Positions 9,662-19,744 of a stretch of 64,000 nucleotides of DNA are shown here, piece after piece. This DNA is from an uncultured Kiritimatiellota bacterium (GTDB lineage: Bacteria > Verrucomicrobiota > Kiritimatiellia > RFP12 > UBA1067). The notes beneath the pieces are model-generated. The model ran no database searches and had not been told where the DNA came from. It saw only the letters and a list, made by a program, of their open reading frames with translations. The first letter of the stretch is position 1; every line of letters begins with the position of its first letter. Made by a program: the position numbers and the translations under genes. The DNA lies in contig CAKTUI010000008.1 in the NCBI GenBank assembly GCA_934621385.1, forward strand, positions 2,455 through 66,454, in the 5' to 3' direction.

Positions 9662-9729
9662 CCTCGGAGATGCGCTTCTCTCAGCCACCCGCCCAAAACC
9701 GCCGCGCCTGAGCCTACGCAACCAAATTG

Positions 9730-9863
9730 TCAATGCGGGCGAACAGAGGTCATGTTCCAGCCGCCGACCTTCCACGCGAACGGACGCGTGGGATGCTCAA
9801 CCGTCAGCACCTTCCTTTCGTCCAGGAGAAATGTAAAGAAATTGTCCGAGAGGAAATCCGGTT
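9730..9863 (-). pseudogene. Relic 3' end of a GH2 gene (diverged duplicate of 11464-11597)
   Basis: The minus strand translates to ...FLSDNFFTFLLDERKVLTVEHPTRPFAWKVGGWNMTSVRPH*. The intact GH2 C-terminus reads FFSDNYFALLPGERKVLTVEHPTHPFAWKVGGWNTAFVHPL*. By my hand alignment, 111 of 134 nt are identical. Confidence 0.7.
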
Positions 9864-9876
9864 GTATGTATTTTAC

Positions 9877-10938
9877 TTATTCTTTTTTTCCTTTCTTCGC
9901 CTCTTCTTCCAGTGCAAGGAGGAAGCGGTCGTAGTCGCTTATGAAGAGTTTATCCTGAACGATGCGATACTTCTCGAACTCGGACTCGGCGTAAAGCTGA
10001 GCCTTATAGGCATCGATGGGAACGCCCGCGTATTTCGGCGCATGTTGGTCAAAGAGGACAAGGAATTTGTCGAGACGCACTTTCCAATCTTCCATCGTCA
10101 GCGGAATCTTTCGCATCGTCTGCGTCTCAGCGTATTCAAGAAACGCGTTGACCATGCGCTCCAGAATGCCGAGTTCCTCATCTGTGAGATAGTTTTTTGC
10201 AACGACGACATCCGACTTCTTGATCTTCCCGTTCGGCCCATCCTCCCAATTTGTGAGGCCCATGTTCTCCCTGCCCGCATCGGCTCGCGTGTAAAGGATC
10301 TCGACGGCTGTATGCCCATGTACGGCACAATGCATACGATTCTGCACGGTCGCATAGAATATCCTCGTCAAGTTTGAGGTCTTGTCATAGTCAATGGCCG
10401 TTGCGTAGAGATCCGTCACCTTCTGATAGAACTTACGCTCGCTGAGCCGTATCTCGCGAATCTTCTCAAGCAAGTGTTCAAAATACTTGTCAGCGATGGG
10501 CGTTCCGTCCTTCAACCGCTGGGCATCCATCGCCCAGCCCTTAATCGTGTATTCTGCAACAATCTGATTCGCCCATTTCCTAAAAGCAATGGCCTTTTCA
10601 TTGTCGATCTTGAAGCCAAGGGCGATTATAACTTGCAAATTATAATGGTTGACTGAATAATTCTTCCCGTCGGGACCAGTTATCCAATATTTTTGGACAA
10701 CTGACTCCTTGTCAAGTTCAGCATCCTTAAAAATCTTGGTAATGTGGTAGCTGACCGTCCGCAGATCAACGCCATATACCGCCGCGAGCATCTTCTGGCT
10801 CATCCATATGTTCTCATTCTCGTAACGCAACTCGTACTTCTCGTGGCTTTCGCCAACAGAAGCAACATATGTGATGAACTGGGCCGCACTCGACTTCTGT
10901 GGTTCCATGTTGCCCCAATTGCTCTTCTTCTTAGCCAT
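9877..10938 (-). CDS. RhuM-family virulence-associated protein
   Basis: 353 aa. IWMSQKMLAAVYGVDLRTVSYHITKIFKDAEL and the following region resemble the RhuM family from memory. G+C is visibly lower than in the neighbours. Confidence 0.7.
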   Translation of the reverse strand: MAKKKSNWGNMEPQKSSAAQFITYVASVGESHEKYELRYENENIWMSQKMLAAVYGVDLRTVSYHITKIFKDAELDKESVVQKYWITGPDGKNYSVNHYNLQVIIALGFKIDNEKAIAFRKWANQIVAEYTIKGWAMDAQRLKDGTPIADKYFEHLLEKIREIRLSERKFYQKVTDLYATAIDYDKTSNLTRIFYATVQNRMHCAVHGHTAVEILYTRADAGRENMGLTNWEDGPNGKIKKSDVVVAKNYLTDEELGILERMVNAFLEYAETQTMRKIPLTMEDWKVRLDKFLVLFDQHAPKYAGVPIDAYKAQLYAESEFEKYRIVQDKLFISDYDRFLLALEEEAKKGKKE

Positions 10939-11187
10939 AATTCATTTCCCCAAATCTCAATACCCATTGCCGCGAGATACCCAGCGACCTTCTTTCTCAG
11001 TTCCTATACCATCCGCGCCACTTCGTCAGCTGATCACCCTTATATGTGCCAACAAGGACGACACGGCCTTTCGGTTCGCGCCCTTCGGACGAAGCGTCAA
11101 CCCGTCCAGCCTCACACCTCTTCGCTTTCATGTTCACCACGAGTCCTTCTCTATCGATGCCGCGAACCGTTGTCGCGGACTGGTGGC

Positions 11188-11196
11188 ATTATACCA
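11188..11196 (-). promoter_or_regulatory. Extended -10 promoter TGGTATAAT upstream of the RhuM gene
   Basis: Plus-strand attatacca. The implied leader to the ATG at 10938 is about 240 nt. Confidence 0.35.
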
Positions 11197-11224
11197 TAAA
11201 TCGCCTGCTCGGGGCTTACGCGAA

Positions 11225-11410
11225 ACCGCCGCGACTGAGCCTTCACAACCTCTATGCTCTCTCGACTTTCAGCAGACCCATTTTCACCACACAAAACGCG
11301 GCAAACCAAGGCTCCCCTTTTACCATATCCAACAATCATGCATAATCTTTCCTACCTGCGACTCAAACGAGTCCCAACTTCAACTCTCAATAGTTCCAGT
11401 TAGAAAAATA
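11225..11410 (-). repeat. Partial, diverged copy (R4) of the promoter-leader repeat family seen at 38091-38712 and 58912-59325
   Basis: It shares the aaaccgccgcg...gccttcacaac hairpin block and the tcccaact..aactc..agtt block. It lies 54 nt from the GH2 stop. Confidence 0.35.
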
Positions 11411-11463
11411 CGATATGCAAGATGAAATGCCCCACGCAATGCCACCAACAATCAGACGACTTG

Positions 11464-14034
11464 TCAAAGTGGGTGGACGAAGGCCGTGTTCCAGCCGCCG
11501 ACCTTCCAGGCGAACGGGTGCGTGGGATGCTCGACCGTCAGCACCTTCCTTTCGCCCGGCAGAAGCGCAAAGTAATTGTCCGAGAAGAAGACCGGTCGCA
11601 GGCTCTTCCCCCTTTCGTCCTCAACCCGAACCTCGACCATGAAGGCCAGGGCGCGCCCCGTATTGACGACCTCAAGCGTCGTACACCCTTCCTCTACCTT
11701 CAAGAAGTGTGCCGACAATTCCGTTTGCGGCAGTTCATCCAGCCGTTCAAAACCCGCCACGCAGGGACCCGTCACTGTATTCACCCCCTCGTAGCGCGAA
11801 GCCGACCGCCAGTAGAATGTTGAGGCGATCTCCGTCCCATTCTCGCGCAGGCGCAACTTGATGAAATGCGGACGGTCAAACTGAAGTGTGCGGTCCGAAT
11901 CAAACGGAATCCGAAAGGCATCCACAAACGATTCGCCGCGAACCTCAAGCACCTGCGACCGCATCCAGACGCGACGCGAGTCAAAGTCGTAGACTTCAGC
12001 CACCAACTCAACGCACCGCGTCTCACAAATGTCACTGGCAACCGAAACACGATTGGACAGGTACTCGTACTGCGCGTGCAACGGCTCAAGCGCATTGGCC
12101 TGAGCGAATTGCGAGGCCGTGGGAACAAGCGAATAGTCCCAGGCGTGTCCGCCCAGCTGGGGAACAGGCGACGCATTGTACCAAAAGAGAACGCCTGTCG
12201 CCGTCTCACGGACGCGATTCCAGGTCTCCCAGAGACAACGGTGCGCCAGTGCATCTGCCGCCTGCGACTTTCGGGCGTACTCGTCAAAGGTCTTCGACAC
12301 ACCATATCCGTTGACGTACTGGTGATGGAACTCTGTCATCCGATCAAAACCGCCGCCCTCACGATACTTCCACGCGGCAATGTTCCTCTCAACCGGCCAA
12401 AGGAGATTCTCGGGCATAAACTCCCGGCAACACTCGGCGGGCGGCAGGGCGCATGTTCCGTATTCGGGACTGAACCCGTAAACGCGGCTTCCTCGCGGCG
12501 ATGCGGTATCTTCATAATAACTCATCGGATTCACCGGGACATACGGGGAACCGTCGTGCACCCCATCGCATTCGGACTGCATCATCCAGCTTGTCGTCCC
12601 CGTCAGCCGACGCACGAGCTCCTCTGTTCCCTCGACTTCCGTCGACTCGTTGGACGCGACCCAATGCGCAAGACTCGCATGGGAGCGAATGCGCTTGACC
12701 TGCTGTGCCACATTGTCGAGGTAAAGCCCGACATCATCTGGATGCCGCGTGTCACCGGTCATCCAGAACTCCTGCCAGACGAGCAGTCCGTATTCGTCGC
12801 ACAGTTCGTAGAATCGGTCGCTCTCCACGATGCCGCCAGCCCAAAGCCGCACGAGATTAACACCCGAGTCCGCCGTCAGCCGCATCTCCGCCTCCATCCG
12901 CTCATCGTCCGCCTTGAGCATCGCCTCTGGCACCCAGTTCGTGCCGCGAATGAATATCTTGCGTCGATTGACATAGAACTGCCGCGCTCCGTCCTTGCCC
13001 GACTGGTCGCTCGTTATCTCGCGCACACCAAAGCGGACGCGCACCGCATCCGACTCCCGGCCCGTCGTATCATCCACATAACGGACAGTTGCCGTGTAGA
13101 GCGGTTGTGCACCCTTGTTTCTCGGCCACCAGAGTTTCGGTGCCTTCATCTTGGCAGACATGAACTCGGTGCGCCGTTCACCCCGAAACATCGAAACCGG
13201 CTTCTCAATCCGAATGCCCTCGCCCTCAACCTCAGCAATGATCCGCCCGCGCACCTCGTCCCCCCACCCGTTGCTCGCATTGTGCAAGTCGACTTCAACC
13301 GTCAGTTCGGCTTCCGAAAAGTCGTCGTTCAACTTTGTTCGGACATAAGGCGCGTCAAGGCGCACAAGATCCGTTGCAAAGAACTCGATATCCCGCCAAA
13401 TGCCCGTATTGCGATCGCGGATGCCGTCGCTGAACATGAAGTCCCATCCGGCGGACATCAGCATCGTCACGTTCCGCCCGATTTCCCCATCGCCCCCATT
13501 GTGCCACTCCCCGTTTGCCGCGCCCCATGTCTTCGGCTGCACCGTTCCCGGGTGGTCAACGGGCCAAACCTTCACACGAATCTCGTTCCGCGTACCCGGT
13601 TGCACAAACGAAGTGACATCGACAGCCGTGCGCGAGAACATCCCACGCGTGGACGCGGCAAGTCGTCCATTGAGGTAAATCTCACTGCGGTAGTTGATAC
13701 CCTCGGGCCGCATCCAGACGACGCGATTGCTGAACGCTATCGGCAGATCGACCCCACCGACGAATGTCGCCTCATAGAATGGGCGATTCGCCGAGAGGTC
13801 TGGTATCAGCCCATTCTCAAGCTTGTTGTTGAGACCGTAGTAGGGATCGGGGACCTTGCCGTTCTCGACCAGCGTCCGCAGGACGGTCCCTGGGACAATT
13901 GCCGGCATCCACGCATCGGGTGCCGTCGCCTGCGCCATCTTCCACGGGCCTGTCGCCCGCACCGTCGTCCGTTCCCCCGCCAACCCGAGTGCCGCGCCCA
14001 GGACAAGTGCCGCGCAAATCGTCAGTCGCCTCAT
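11464..14034 (-). CDS. Glycoside hydrolase family 2 protein (beta-mannosidase / exo-glucosaminidase-like), secreted
   Basis: 856 aa. Signal peptide MRRLTICAALVLGAALGLAG. Candidate acid/base region WVASNES and nucleophile region SPEYG in a TIM-barrel context. Confidence 0.8.
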   Translation of the reverse strand: MRRLTICAALVLGAALGLAGERTTVRATGPWKMAQATAPDAWMPAIVPGTVLRTLVENGKVPDPYYGLNNKLENGLIPDLSANRPFYEATFVGGVDLPIAFSNRVVWMRPEGINYRSEIYLNGRLAASTRGMFSRTAVDVTSFVQPGTRNEIRVKVWPVDHPGTVQPKTWGAANGEWHNGGDGEIGRNVTMLMSAGWDFMFSDGIRDRNTGIWRDIEFFATDLVRLDAPYVRTKLNDDFSEAELTVEVDLHNASNGWGDEVRGRIIAEVEGEGIRIEKPVSMFRGERRTEFMSAKMKAPKLWWPRNKGAQPLYTATVRYVDDTTGRESDAVRVRFGVREITSDQSGKDGARQFYVNRRKIFIRGTNWVPEAMLKADDERMEAEMRLTADSGVNLVRLWAGGIVESDRFYELCDEYGLLVWQEFWMTGDTRHPDDVGLYLDNVAQQVKRIRSHASLAHWVASNESTEVEGTEELVRRLTGTTSWMMQSECDGVHDGSPYVPVNPMSYYEDTASPRGSRVYGFSPEYGTCALPPAECCREFMPENLLWPVERNIAAWKYREGGGFDRMTEFHHQYVNGYGVSKTFDEYARKSQAADALAHRCLWETWNRVRETATGVLFWYNASPVPQLGGHAWDYSLVPTASQFAQANALEPLHAQYEYLSNRVSVASDICETRCVELVAEVYDFDSRRVWMRSQVLEVRGESFVDAFRIPFDSDRTLQFDRPHFIKLRLRENGTEIASTFYWRSASRYEGVNTVTGPCVAGFERLDELPQTELSAHFLKVEEGCTTLEVVNTGRALAFMVEVRVEDERGKSLRPVFFSDNYFALLPGERKVLTVEHPTHPFAWKVGGWNTAFVHPL

Positions 14035-14035
14035 C

Positions 14036-16129
14036 TTACCGCATCCTCTTCATCTCGAACGTTTCGCCGCGCAGGGCCCGACGAACGAATTCGCCCCAGT
14101 AGGGCGTCGGGTCGTAGTCCCAGCTCTTAATCATACATGGGGCCGCCTTCGGATGAAAGCACCACGCCGTCCAGTTGATGCGATACTTCTGGATGAACCC
14201 AATCATGTCGGGTGAGAAGGTGAAGGGGTCTTCCTTCTGCGCAAGCGGGATGAACGTCATTTCCTCACGCGGCGCGGCCCCGACCTCGCCGAGGAAGATC
14301 GGGTGCTTCGCGGCAACCGGCAGAACTCTCGCCCACCCCTTGTGCCAGTGGTAGGTGTGCCACGCGTACATCACGCCATTGCCCATCGAATCGTCAAGGC
14401 GATAACTCGGGCTGTCACCTTTCTCAATTGCCGCGCTCTCAATGCCCGTCAAGTCGTTCGCCCAGCCAAGTCCTCCCGCAATCACCACGTTCCGCGCCCC
14501 GGTCGACCGCACTGCCTCCACCAACGCCTGCATTCCGACGGATTCAAACCCCTGGTTCTTGCGCTTCTCTTCCGCCGACAGGAACGCAGACTCGTCCACC
14601 TTTCCGGCCTCACCGACGAACCCACCGTTGCGCCAAATCTCCCAGCTGATTCCGTGCGGTTCGTTGAAGAGGTCGAAGAGTACCGCTGGATGGTTCGCGT
14701 ACCGTTTTGCCGCGTCCTTCCAGAACGCAATGTGCTCGACTTTCGGCGCACGGAAGCGGTGCAGATCGAGCACGACATACGCCCCACGATTCGCCGCGAG
14801 CCGCACAATCTTGTCAACTGTCGAACGATAGGCCTCGCCCCCATCGTTCTGGTACGCGCTCGTTCCGAACCAAAAGTCCTCCTTGACCGGCAGGCGTACG
14901 CAATTCGCCTTCCATTCGTCAATGCCAACCACGGTCGACTTCACGATCTGATCACCGTTCGGCACGGACTCCATTCCCCCCGCGTTCAGTCCCTGCAACC
15001 ACACCTCGCGTCCGTCCGAATCGACAAGTCGATTCCCGACAACCTTCACCTCCTTCGGCCACCGCGCACGGTTCTCGGCCTCGTCAGGCACCTGCCGTGC
15101 GGCTATCTGACGCTCGCGCACGGCCTTCGCCTCACGGAGCGGCGCGGCATCCGTTGGCACGAGCCGGACATCCGTCATCACCATCTCACCCGCCTTCACA
15201 TTGAAGAGGCATGGCATCACGACGACCTTCACCGCCTCGGGCGGCACGAGGAACGCATTCGTCCGCGCCTGCCAACCGTCCGTGTTGCGCTGCGTGTAGG
15301 TCGGCCCAGGCTCGGGCTTCACGTCCTTGCCCTCCGCATTCTTAAACTTCAGCAGGACGCGTGCATCAAACCACGGCTTCGCCCCCGTACGCAGGTTCGA
15401 CACCTTCCACTTCCAGTTCAGGGCGAGTGCTTCGGTTCCCTCGGGGATGCCATATTCCCGATAGGCGTTCACCAGTTTGCCGGGGACAGTCGAGACAAGC
15501 GCACAATACGGGTCGTCCGGATTCTTCGACGGGGGGATGAGGGAGCCCGTCTTCTCAAACAGGGACTTCGCCTTCTCACGCGTCCGCGTCGCATTCTCGG
15601 CCTTGCGCCGTTCGTACGCCTCACGCCACGCCTTGTCCGCCGGATCCTCGACGAACGTCTCCTGCGCCTCGACTGAAAGATTGCGCACCGAGAGCGCACC
15701 CGCCTTCACATTGAAGAGACACGGCATCAGCGCAAGCCCTGCCGCGCCCTCCGGCACGCGCACCACCTTGCGCACCGCGACCCAGCCGTCGCTTGTCCCC
15801 TTCCATCCGCCAATCGCCGGGCCGCTCTTCACCTTCTTGCACTGCGAATTGATGAAGTCCACCATGATTCGCGCATCAAACCAGTTCTGCGCACCGCGCA
15901 CGACCCCCTCGTATTTCACCTCGCACGTGATGACCGCACCCTCCATCCCCTTTGGAATAAAGACCGGCACGTAAACAAGCGACATCTTACCCGACCCCTT
16001 GAACGGAACATCAAACGCTCGCTTGCCCTCCGGCACAAGGTTCGCGCCCACGGCCGAACCAACCAGACACGACAACAGAACCGACCAAACGAACTTTCTC
16101 ATTTCATTCATTCCCTTCTTGCCGAACAC
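14036..16129 (-). CDS. Glycoside hydrolase family 5 (cellulase-type) with two tandem N-terminal beta-sandwich modules
   Basis: GH5 motifs LFDLFNEPHG (acid/base) and PIFLGEVGA (nucleophile). An internal duplication is visible: NWFDARIMVDF...MPCLFNVKAGAL versus PWFDARVLLKF...MPCLFNVKAGEM. Confidence 0.8.
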   Translation of the reverse strand: MFGKKGMNEMRKFVWSVLLSCLVGSAVGANLVPEGKRAFDVPFKGSGKMSLVYVPVFIPKGMEGAVITCEVKYEGVVRGAQNWFDARIMVDFINSQCKKVKSGPAIGGWKGTSDGWVAVRKVVRVPEGAAGLALMPCLFNVKAGALSVRNLSVEAQETFVEDPADKAWREAYERRKAENATRTREKAKSLFEKTGSLIPPSKNPDDPYCALVSTVPGKLVNAYREYGIPEGTEALALNWKWKVSNLRTGAKPWFDARVLLKFKNAEGKDVKPEPGPTYTQRNTDGWQARTNAFLVPPEAVKVVVMPCLFNVKAGEMVMTDVRLVPTDAAPLREAKAVRERQIAARQVPDEAENRARWPKEVKVVGNRLVDSDGREVWLQGLNAGGMESVPNGDQIVKSTVVGIDEWKANCVRLPVKEDFWFGTSAYQNDGGEAYRSTVDKIVRLAANRGAYVVLDLHRFRAPKVEHIAFWKDAAKRYANHPAVLFDLFNEPHGISWEIWRNGGFVGEAGKVDESAFLSAEEKRKNQGFESVGMQALVEAVRSTGARNVVIAGGLGWANDLTGIESAAIEKGDSPSYRLDDSMGNGVMYAWHTYHWHKGWARVLPVAAKHPIFLGEVGAAPREEMTFIPLAQKEDPFTFSPDMIGFIQKYRINWTAWCFHPKAAPCMIKSWDYDPTPYWGEFVRRALRGETFEMKRMR

Positions 16130-16142
16130 GCTACACGACCAA

Positions 16143-18269
16143 CTACCGAATCTTCAAAAGGAATCCCCTGTTTCGCGAAGCGCGAAGTTCCGTTCCGTCC
16201 TCACTCAGCGAAAGAGTACCGATGTGTGCCCCGCGCCTGAAGGTGACGTCCTCCAGCGTTCCCTCCGTCACCTTGAGGACCGTCCACGTTCCGTACCACG
16301 CATCCGACTCGGCGGACACCTCAATCTCTCCCTCGGCGGAAATTGACGAAGCCGTCAACGGACCCTTCAGCCCCTCGTCAGCAACACCCGCAACGAACTT
16401 CGCACCGTCGGCAAATGCGACTGGCATCTCGACCGTTCCACTGCCACCCAATTCCGCGCCGCTTGCAACGGACACCTGACTCCCGCCCGAAACCACACCA
16501 TCCAGCACCAGCCGACCAGCCCGAACGGACAGTGGCTGCTCATTCATCACAACCGCTCCCCCGAACCGCTGAACACCCGCACCAATCTTGACGACATCCT
16601 GAAAGCCTGAAAGCGTTCCCTCAAAATCACCGTTCGCATCGTTATCACCCAGCGTCAAACTGACGCGGTATTTGTTGCACTTGACCGTTCCATTCCCGTA
16701 AAGCCCATTGATTGACTGGGAGACGAGCCGTCCGCTGCTCTCACCCCAAAAGGAAACCGTTCCACGAACATGCACATCGCCCTTCCGCGCCCCATTTGGA
16801 AAGACCTTCTTGCCCTGCCCAATGTAGAGCGGACCGTTTACCCACGTGTCGCCCGTATAGTCGCAGTCGGACCAAACCGTCAGACCCGCACCCGACAGAT
16901 TGTCCGACAGCACGGCCCAGACGACACCATCCGTTCCCGAAATGGGCGCATACCAATTCGAACTCTTTCCCTGCGCAAAGGAGATGCATCCCCGCGCCGA
17001 TCCGAAGTCAATCGGAACACTCACGCTCGGCGTGGCGAACCGGGGATACCCGATGACAACCTGTCCGCTCGTCACATGGAGCGTTCCTCCGTTCTCACCC
17101 GTCGACAGGACCGTTTCCACACGTCCCTCCCCACCGCGCAGGATGACCGCATTCACCGTCACATCGCCCAAAATCGCCATCGTCGTTCCGTGCGGCACGA
17201 GCAGGTTCTCGTCCCCACGCGTCACGAGCGCGGCATCTTGCACAAACTCCGTTTCAAGGTCGAGTGCTCGCACACCCCGTTCCGCATCATAGGTCGCAAG
17301 CGACGGATTGGTGTCAAAACTGCTACCAACCGTGTCGTAGGCGACCGCCTGCGGGATGACACCACCAATCATTGTCGGCGCGGCATCAAAGAAGAGGTTC
17401 GCGCCGATTTCGTCCGAATGCCGCGCCCCGAGCATCGTGCCTCGGAACTCGACGAACGCACCCTCATCCATCTCAAGCCGCCCGGCCCGAAGGATGCGTT
17501 TCGCCGATGTGCCGTAAATTGAAACCTTCTTCATCTTCCCCGATTCGCCCGAAATGCGCAACGCACCCGAAATGACATCCGCCGAAGCCGTCTTGCCTCC
17601 GTTCACCTCAAGGTCGGACGCGTCAAGAATGAGATTCCCCGTACGCACCGTTCCCTCCGCCTCGGCATCCAGGAACTGGTATCGAGACCCGCGCAAGACA
17701 AGATCGCACTCCGAATGTCCGAGCGCACCGCGAAACGCCACAAGGTTCGCCGTCGAACGAATTTCCAGCCGCCCATTCTGAATCGGATTGTCAAAGTACC
17801 ATCCGCTTGTCCCCGAGATCGTGAATGTACGCGGCATACCCCCGAGATCGATGAGAAAACGCCACCCGTCCGTCGCATGACCGAATCGCACCGATCCCTT
17901 GACTGTCGACGGCGCAAACATCACATCGCCCGGCACATACCAAGTTGCATCTCGCGTCCCATCCCCGACAAGGTAGAGCGTTGTCTCGTTCTTGTGCGAA
18001 AACGAAAGAGGGCCGCGCCAGTCTTCGCCGAACTTGATATACTCGGTCACCTTTGAGAGACCAAGCCCAAGTCCGAACTCACCCGTAATGGCACCCGAAT
18101 ACCAGTTGTTCGCGTCAAAGAAGTCATGCGCTGTGGCAAGGGTGCTCGCCCACGTCGAGTTACACCACCCCGTCTGCGTCACCTCTTCGGCCCGCAAGGA
18201 CGAAACCCCGAACAGCCCGACGGCAAGCAGGACGAAAGACGCGGCAACGAATGTGTGAGTTGACTTCAT
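16143..18269 (-). CDS. Secreted beta-helix protein (autotransporter-associated beta-strand repeat type)
   Basis: Real start taken as MKSTHTFVAASFVLLAVGLFGVSSLRAEE (signal peptide), with an ATGA overlap onto the regulator stop. The sequence is Gly/Thr/Val-rich and repetitive. The tracked 861-aa version adds an Arg/Gly-rich artefactual extension. Confidence 0.7.
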   Translation of the reverse strand: MKSTHTFVAASFVLLAVGLFGVSSLRAEEVTQTGWCNSTWASTLATAHDFFDANNWYSGAITGEFGLGLGLSKVTEYIKFGEDWRGPLSFSHKNETTLYLVGDGTRDATWYVPGDVMFAPSTVKGSVRFGHATDGWRFLIDLGGMPRTFTISGTSGWYFDNPIQNGRLEIRSTANLVAFRGALGHSECDLVLRGSRYQFLDAEAEGTVRTGNLILDASDLEVNGGKTASADVISGALRISGESGKMKKVSIYGTSAKRILRAGRLEMDEGAFVEFRGTMLGARHSDEIGANLFFDAAPTMIGGVIPQAVAYDTVGSSFDTNPSLATYDAERGVRALDLETEFVQDAALVTRGDENLLVPHGTTMAILGDVTVNAVILRGGEGRVETVLSTGENGGTLHVTSGQVVIGYPRFATPSVSVPIDFGSARGCISFAQGKSSNWYAPISGTDGVVWAVLSDNLSGAGLTVWSDCDYTGDTWVNGPLYIGQGKKVFPNGARKGDVHVRGTVSFWGESSGRLVSQSINGLYGNGTVKCNKYRVSLTLGDNDANGDFEGTLSGFQDVVKIGAGVQRFGGAVVMNEQPLSVRAGRLVLDGVVSGGSQVSVASGAELGGSGTVEMPVAFADGAKFVAGVADEGLKGPLTASSISAEGEIEVSAESDAWYGTWTVLKVTEGTLEDVTFRRGAHIGTLSLSEDGTELRASRNRGFLLKIR

Positions 18270-19405
18270 TTTCTCTTTCCTTTCGGATGTTTTGCTTCTG
18301 TGATTGGACAGTTCTTTTGCGCGGACGCACGGCGCACGGACTCGCGGCGGATGAGTGCGACTGGGAGGACTTCCATCCCACCGGTGCACGACGGATGCGC
18401 CACGCGCCGCACGAGTGTCTCGAAAGCGCGGCGCCCCATAAGCGCGAAATCCTGCCGAATCGTGGTCAGGGCGGGTGTCGTCCATTCGGCAATCGGGTCG
18501 TCGTCGAAGCCCACGAGCGAGACATCCTCCGGCGAACGGACACCCGCCTCGGCAAGCCGACGCATCACGATGCGTGCAATCGCGTCGCACGAACAGAAAA
18601 TTGCCGTCGGCCGCACCTTGAGGCGAAGGATGCGCTCCACAATCGCACGCACCTCGTTCGTCCAGTCCCCAAGCCGCCGCGCCGAGCGCACATCGTACTT
18701 GCGCGGCTTCACCCCATGCGCCCGGCACTCCGTCTCAAAGCCCATCCAACGCCACGCAACGGTATCGGACGCAACATCACCAACAAACGCCAGTTCCCGA
18801 TGCCCGGCGTTCAGCAGTTCCGCACCCGCCAGAACCCCTCCCATCCGGTTATCGGAGACAACACTCGCAACGCCCTCCACCTCGACTGCCTCGTCAATTA
18901 CCACGAAGGGAAATCCCTTCTGCGCCAGCGTCCGTACTGCAGCATCAAACGCCTTGCCATGCTGAGAGAAGATGACCGCACCTTTCGCACCCGATGTCGG
19001 CAGCGCGGCAATTTCGCGCAGAAACCGCTCTTCATCGCCCCCCGCATCGAAGTACTCAATCTGCGCCCCGACCTTTTCGGCCGCGCGGCGCATCGCACCC
19101 GCCGACTTGATGGCCGGATCCCAAAAGAGATTCCCGAAAAGTGCCCGGTAAATGTAGCCCGCCGACTCCGCACGACGGACGAACAGTCCAACGCCCGCAC
19201 GACGCTCGACCAGTCCCTCTGCCACAAGTGCATTCACCGCCTTGCGCATCGTCATACGCGACACCCCATTCGTCTCGGCAAGCGCAACCTCTGTTCCAAG
19301 GAATGCATCCGTCGATTTCTCCTGTGCACACACAAGGTCGCGCAAGCGCACGACCATGCGTTCGTAGGGCGGAACCCACCGAGTCTTGTTCTTTTTCAAC
19401 CTCAC
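18266..19405 (-). CDS. Transcriptional regulator: GntR-type winged HTH fused to a LacI/PBP1-type sugar-binding domain
   Basis: N-terminus PPYERMVVRLRDLV...LGTEVALAETNGVSRMTMRKAVNALVAEGLV (GntR HTH). The remainder resembles a periplasmic-binding-protein fold (VVSDNRMGG, LVGFDD). GTG start. Confidence 0.8.
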   Translation of the reverse strand: MRLKKNKTRWVPPYERMVVRLRDLVCAQEKSTDAFLGTEVALAETNGVSRMTMRKAVNALVAEGLVERRAGVGLFVRRAESAGYIYRALFGNLFWDPAIKSAGAMRRAAEKVGAQIEYFDAGGDEERFLREIAALPTSGAKGAVIFSQHGKAFDAAVRTLAQKGFPFVVIDEAVEVEGVASVVSDNRMGGVLAGAELLNAGHRELAFVGDVASDTVAWRWMGFETECRAHGVKPRKYDVRSARRLGDWTNEVRAIVERILRLKVRPTAIFCSCDAIARIVMRRLAEAGVRSPEDVSLVGFDDDPIAEWTTPALTTIRQDFALMGRRAFETLVRRVAHPSCTGGMEVLPVALIRRESVRRASAQKNCPITEAKHPKGKRK

Positions 19406-19412
19406 GGAATCA

Positions 19413-19421
19413 AGTGTATCA
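19413..19421 (-). promoter_or_regulatory. Extended -10-like element TGATACACT, 7 nt from the regulator start codon
   Basis: Plus-strand agtgtatca. The spacing suggests a leaderless or near-leaderless transcript. Confidence 0.3.
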
Positions 19422-19446
19422 AAAACATCACCTTTCGGTCAACCGT

Positions 19447-19466
19447 TTTTTAGACATGTCTAAAAA
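19447..19466. promoter_or_regulatory. 20-bp perfect palindrome TTTTTAGACATGTCTAAAAA (candidate operator of the adjacent regulator)
   Basis: Perfect dyad. It sits where the -35 region of the regulator promoter would be. Confidence 0.5.
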
Positions 19467-19744
19467 GACGCTTGCTCGGGGGCTTGCGCGGCGGCTCGCC
19501 CGACCCGGATGCGGCAGCGGTCTCGCAACGCCTCGCGCGCTTAGACAAGCGGCTTCGCTGAGCCTGCCCTGCCTCGGCGGTTATCACTGGTTGCGGACGG
19601 AGACCTCTCCTACGGCTGCGAGCCGCACCGCACCTCTCGTGCGACCGCCGCGCTCACCCCTTCGCCCGAGAGGAGGGACAGGCTGGTACACAGGCCCACG
19701 CGGCAGATGGTTTTGCCGCGCCTGCCGTCTATCTGGCGCTTACA

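Noticed and set aside
16143-18728. N-terminal extensions of tracked ORFs: 16143-18728, 54634-57090, 32003-32821, 27293-28303, 19857-20699, 37008-37541, 45367-46050, 40057-42426.
   Set aside because: The extensions overlap the upstream gene or a promoter and often begin at GTG or TTG. They are followed by an internal ATG with a signal peptide, prepilin leader or RBS that gives the expected family N-terminus.
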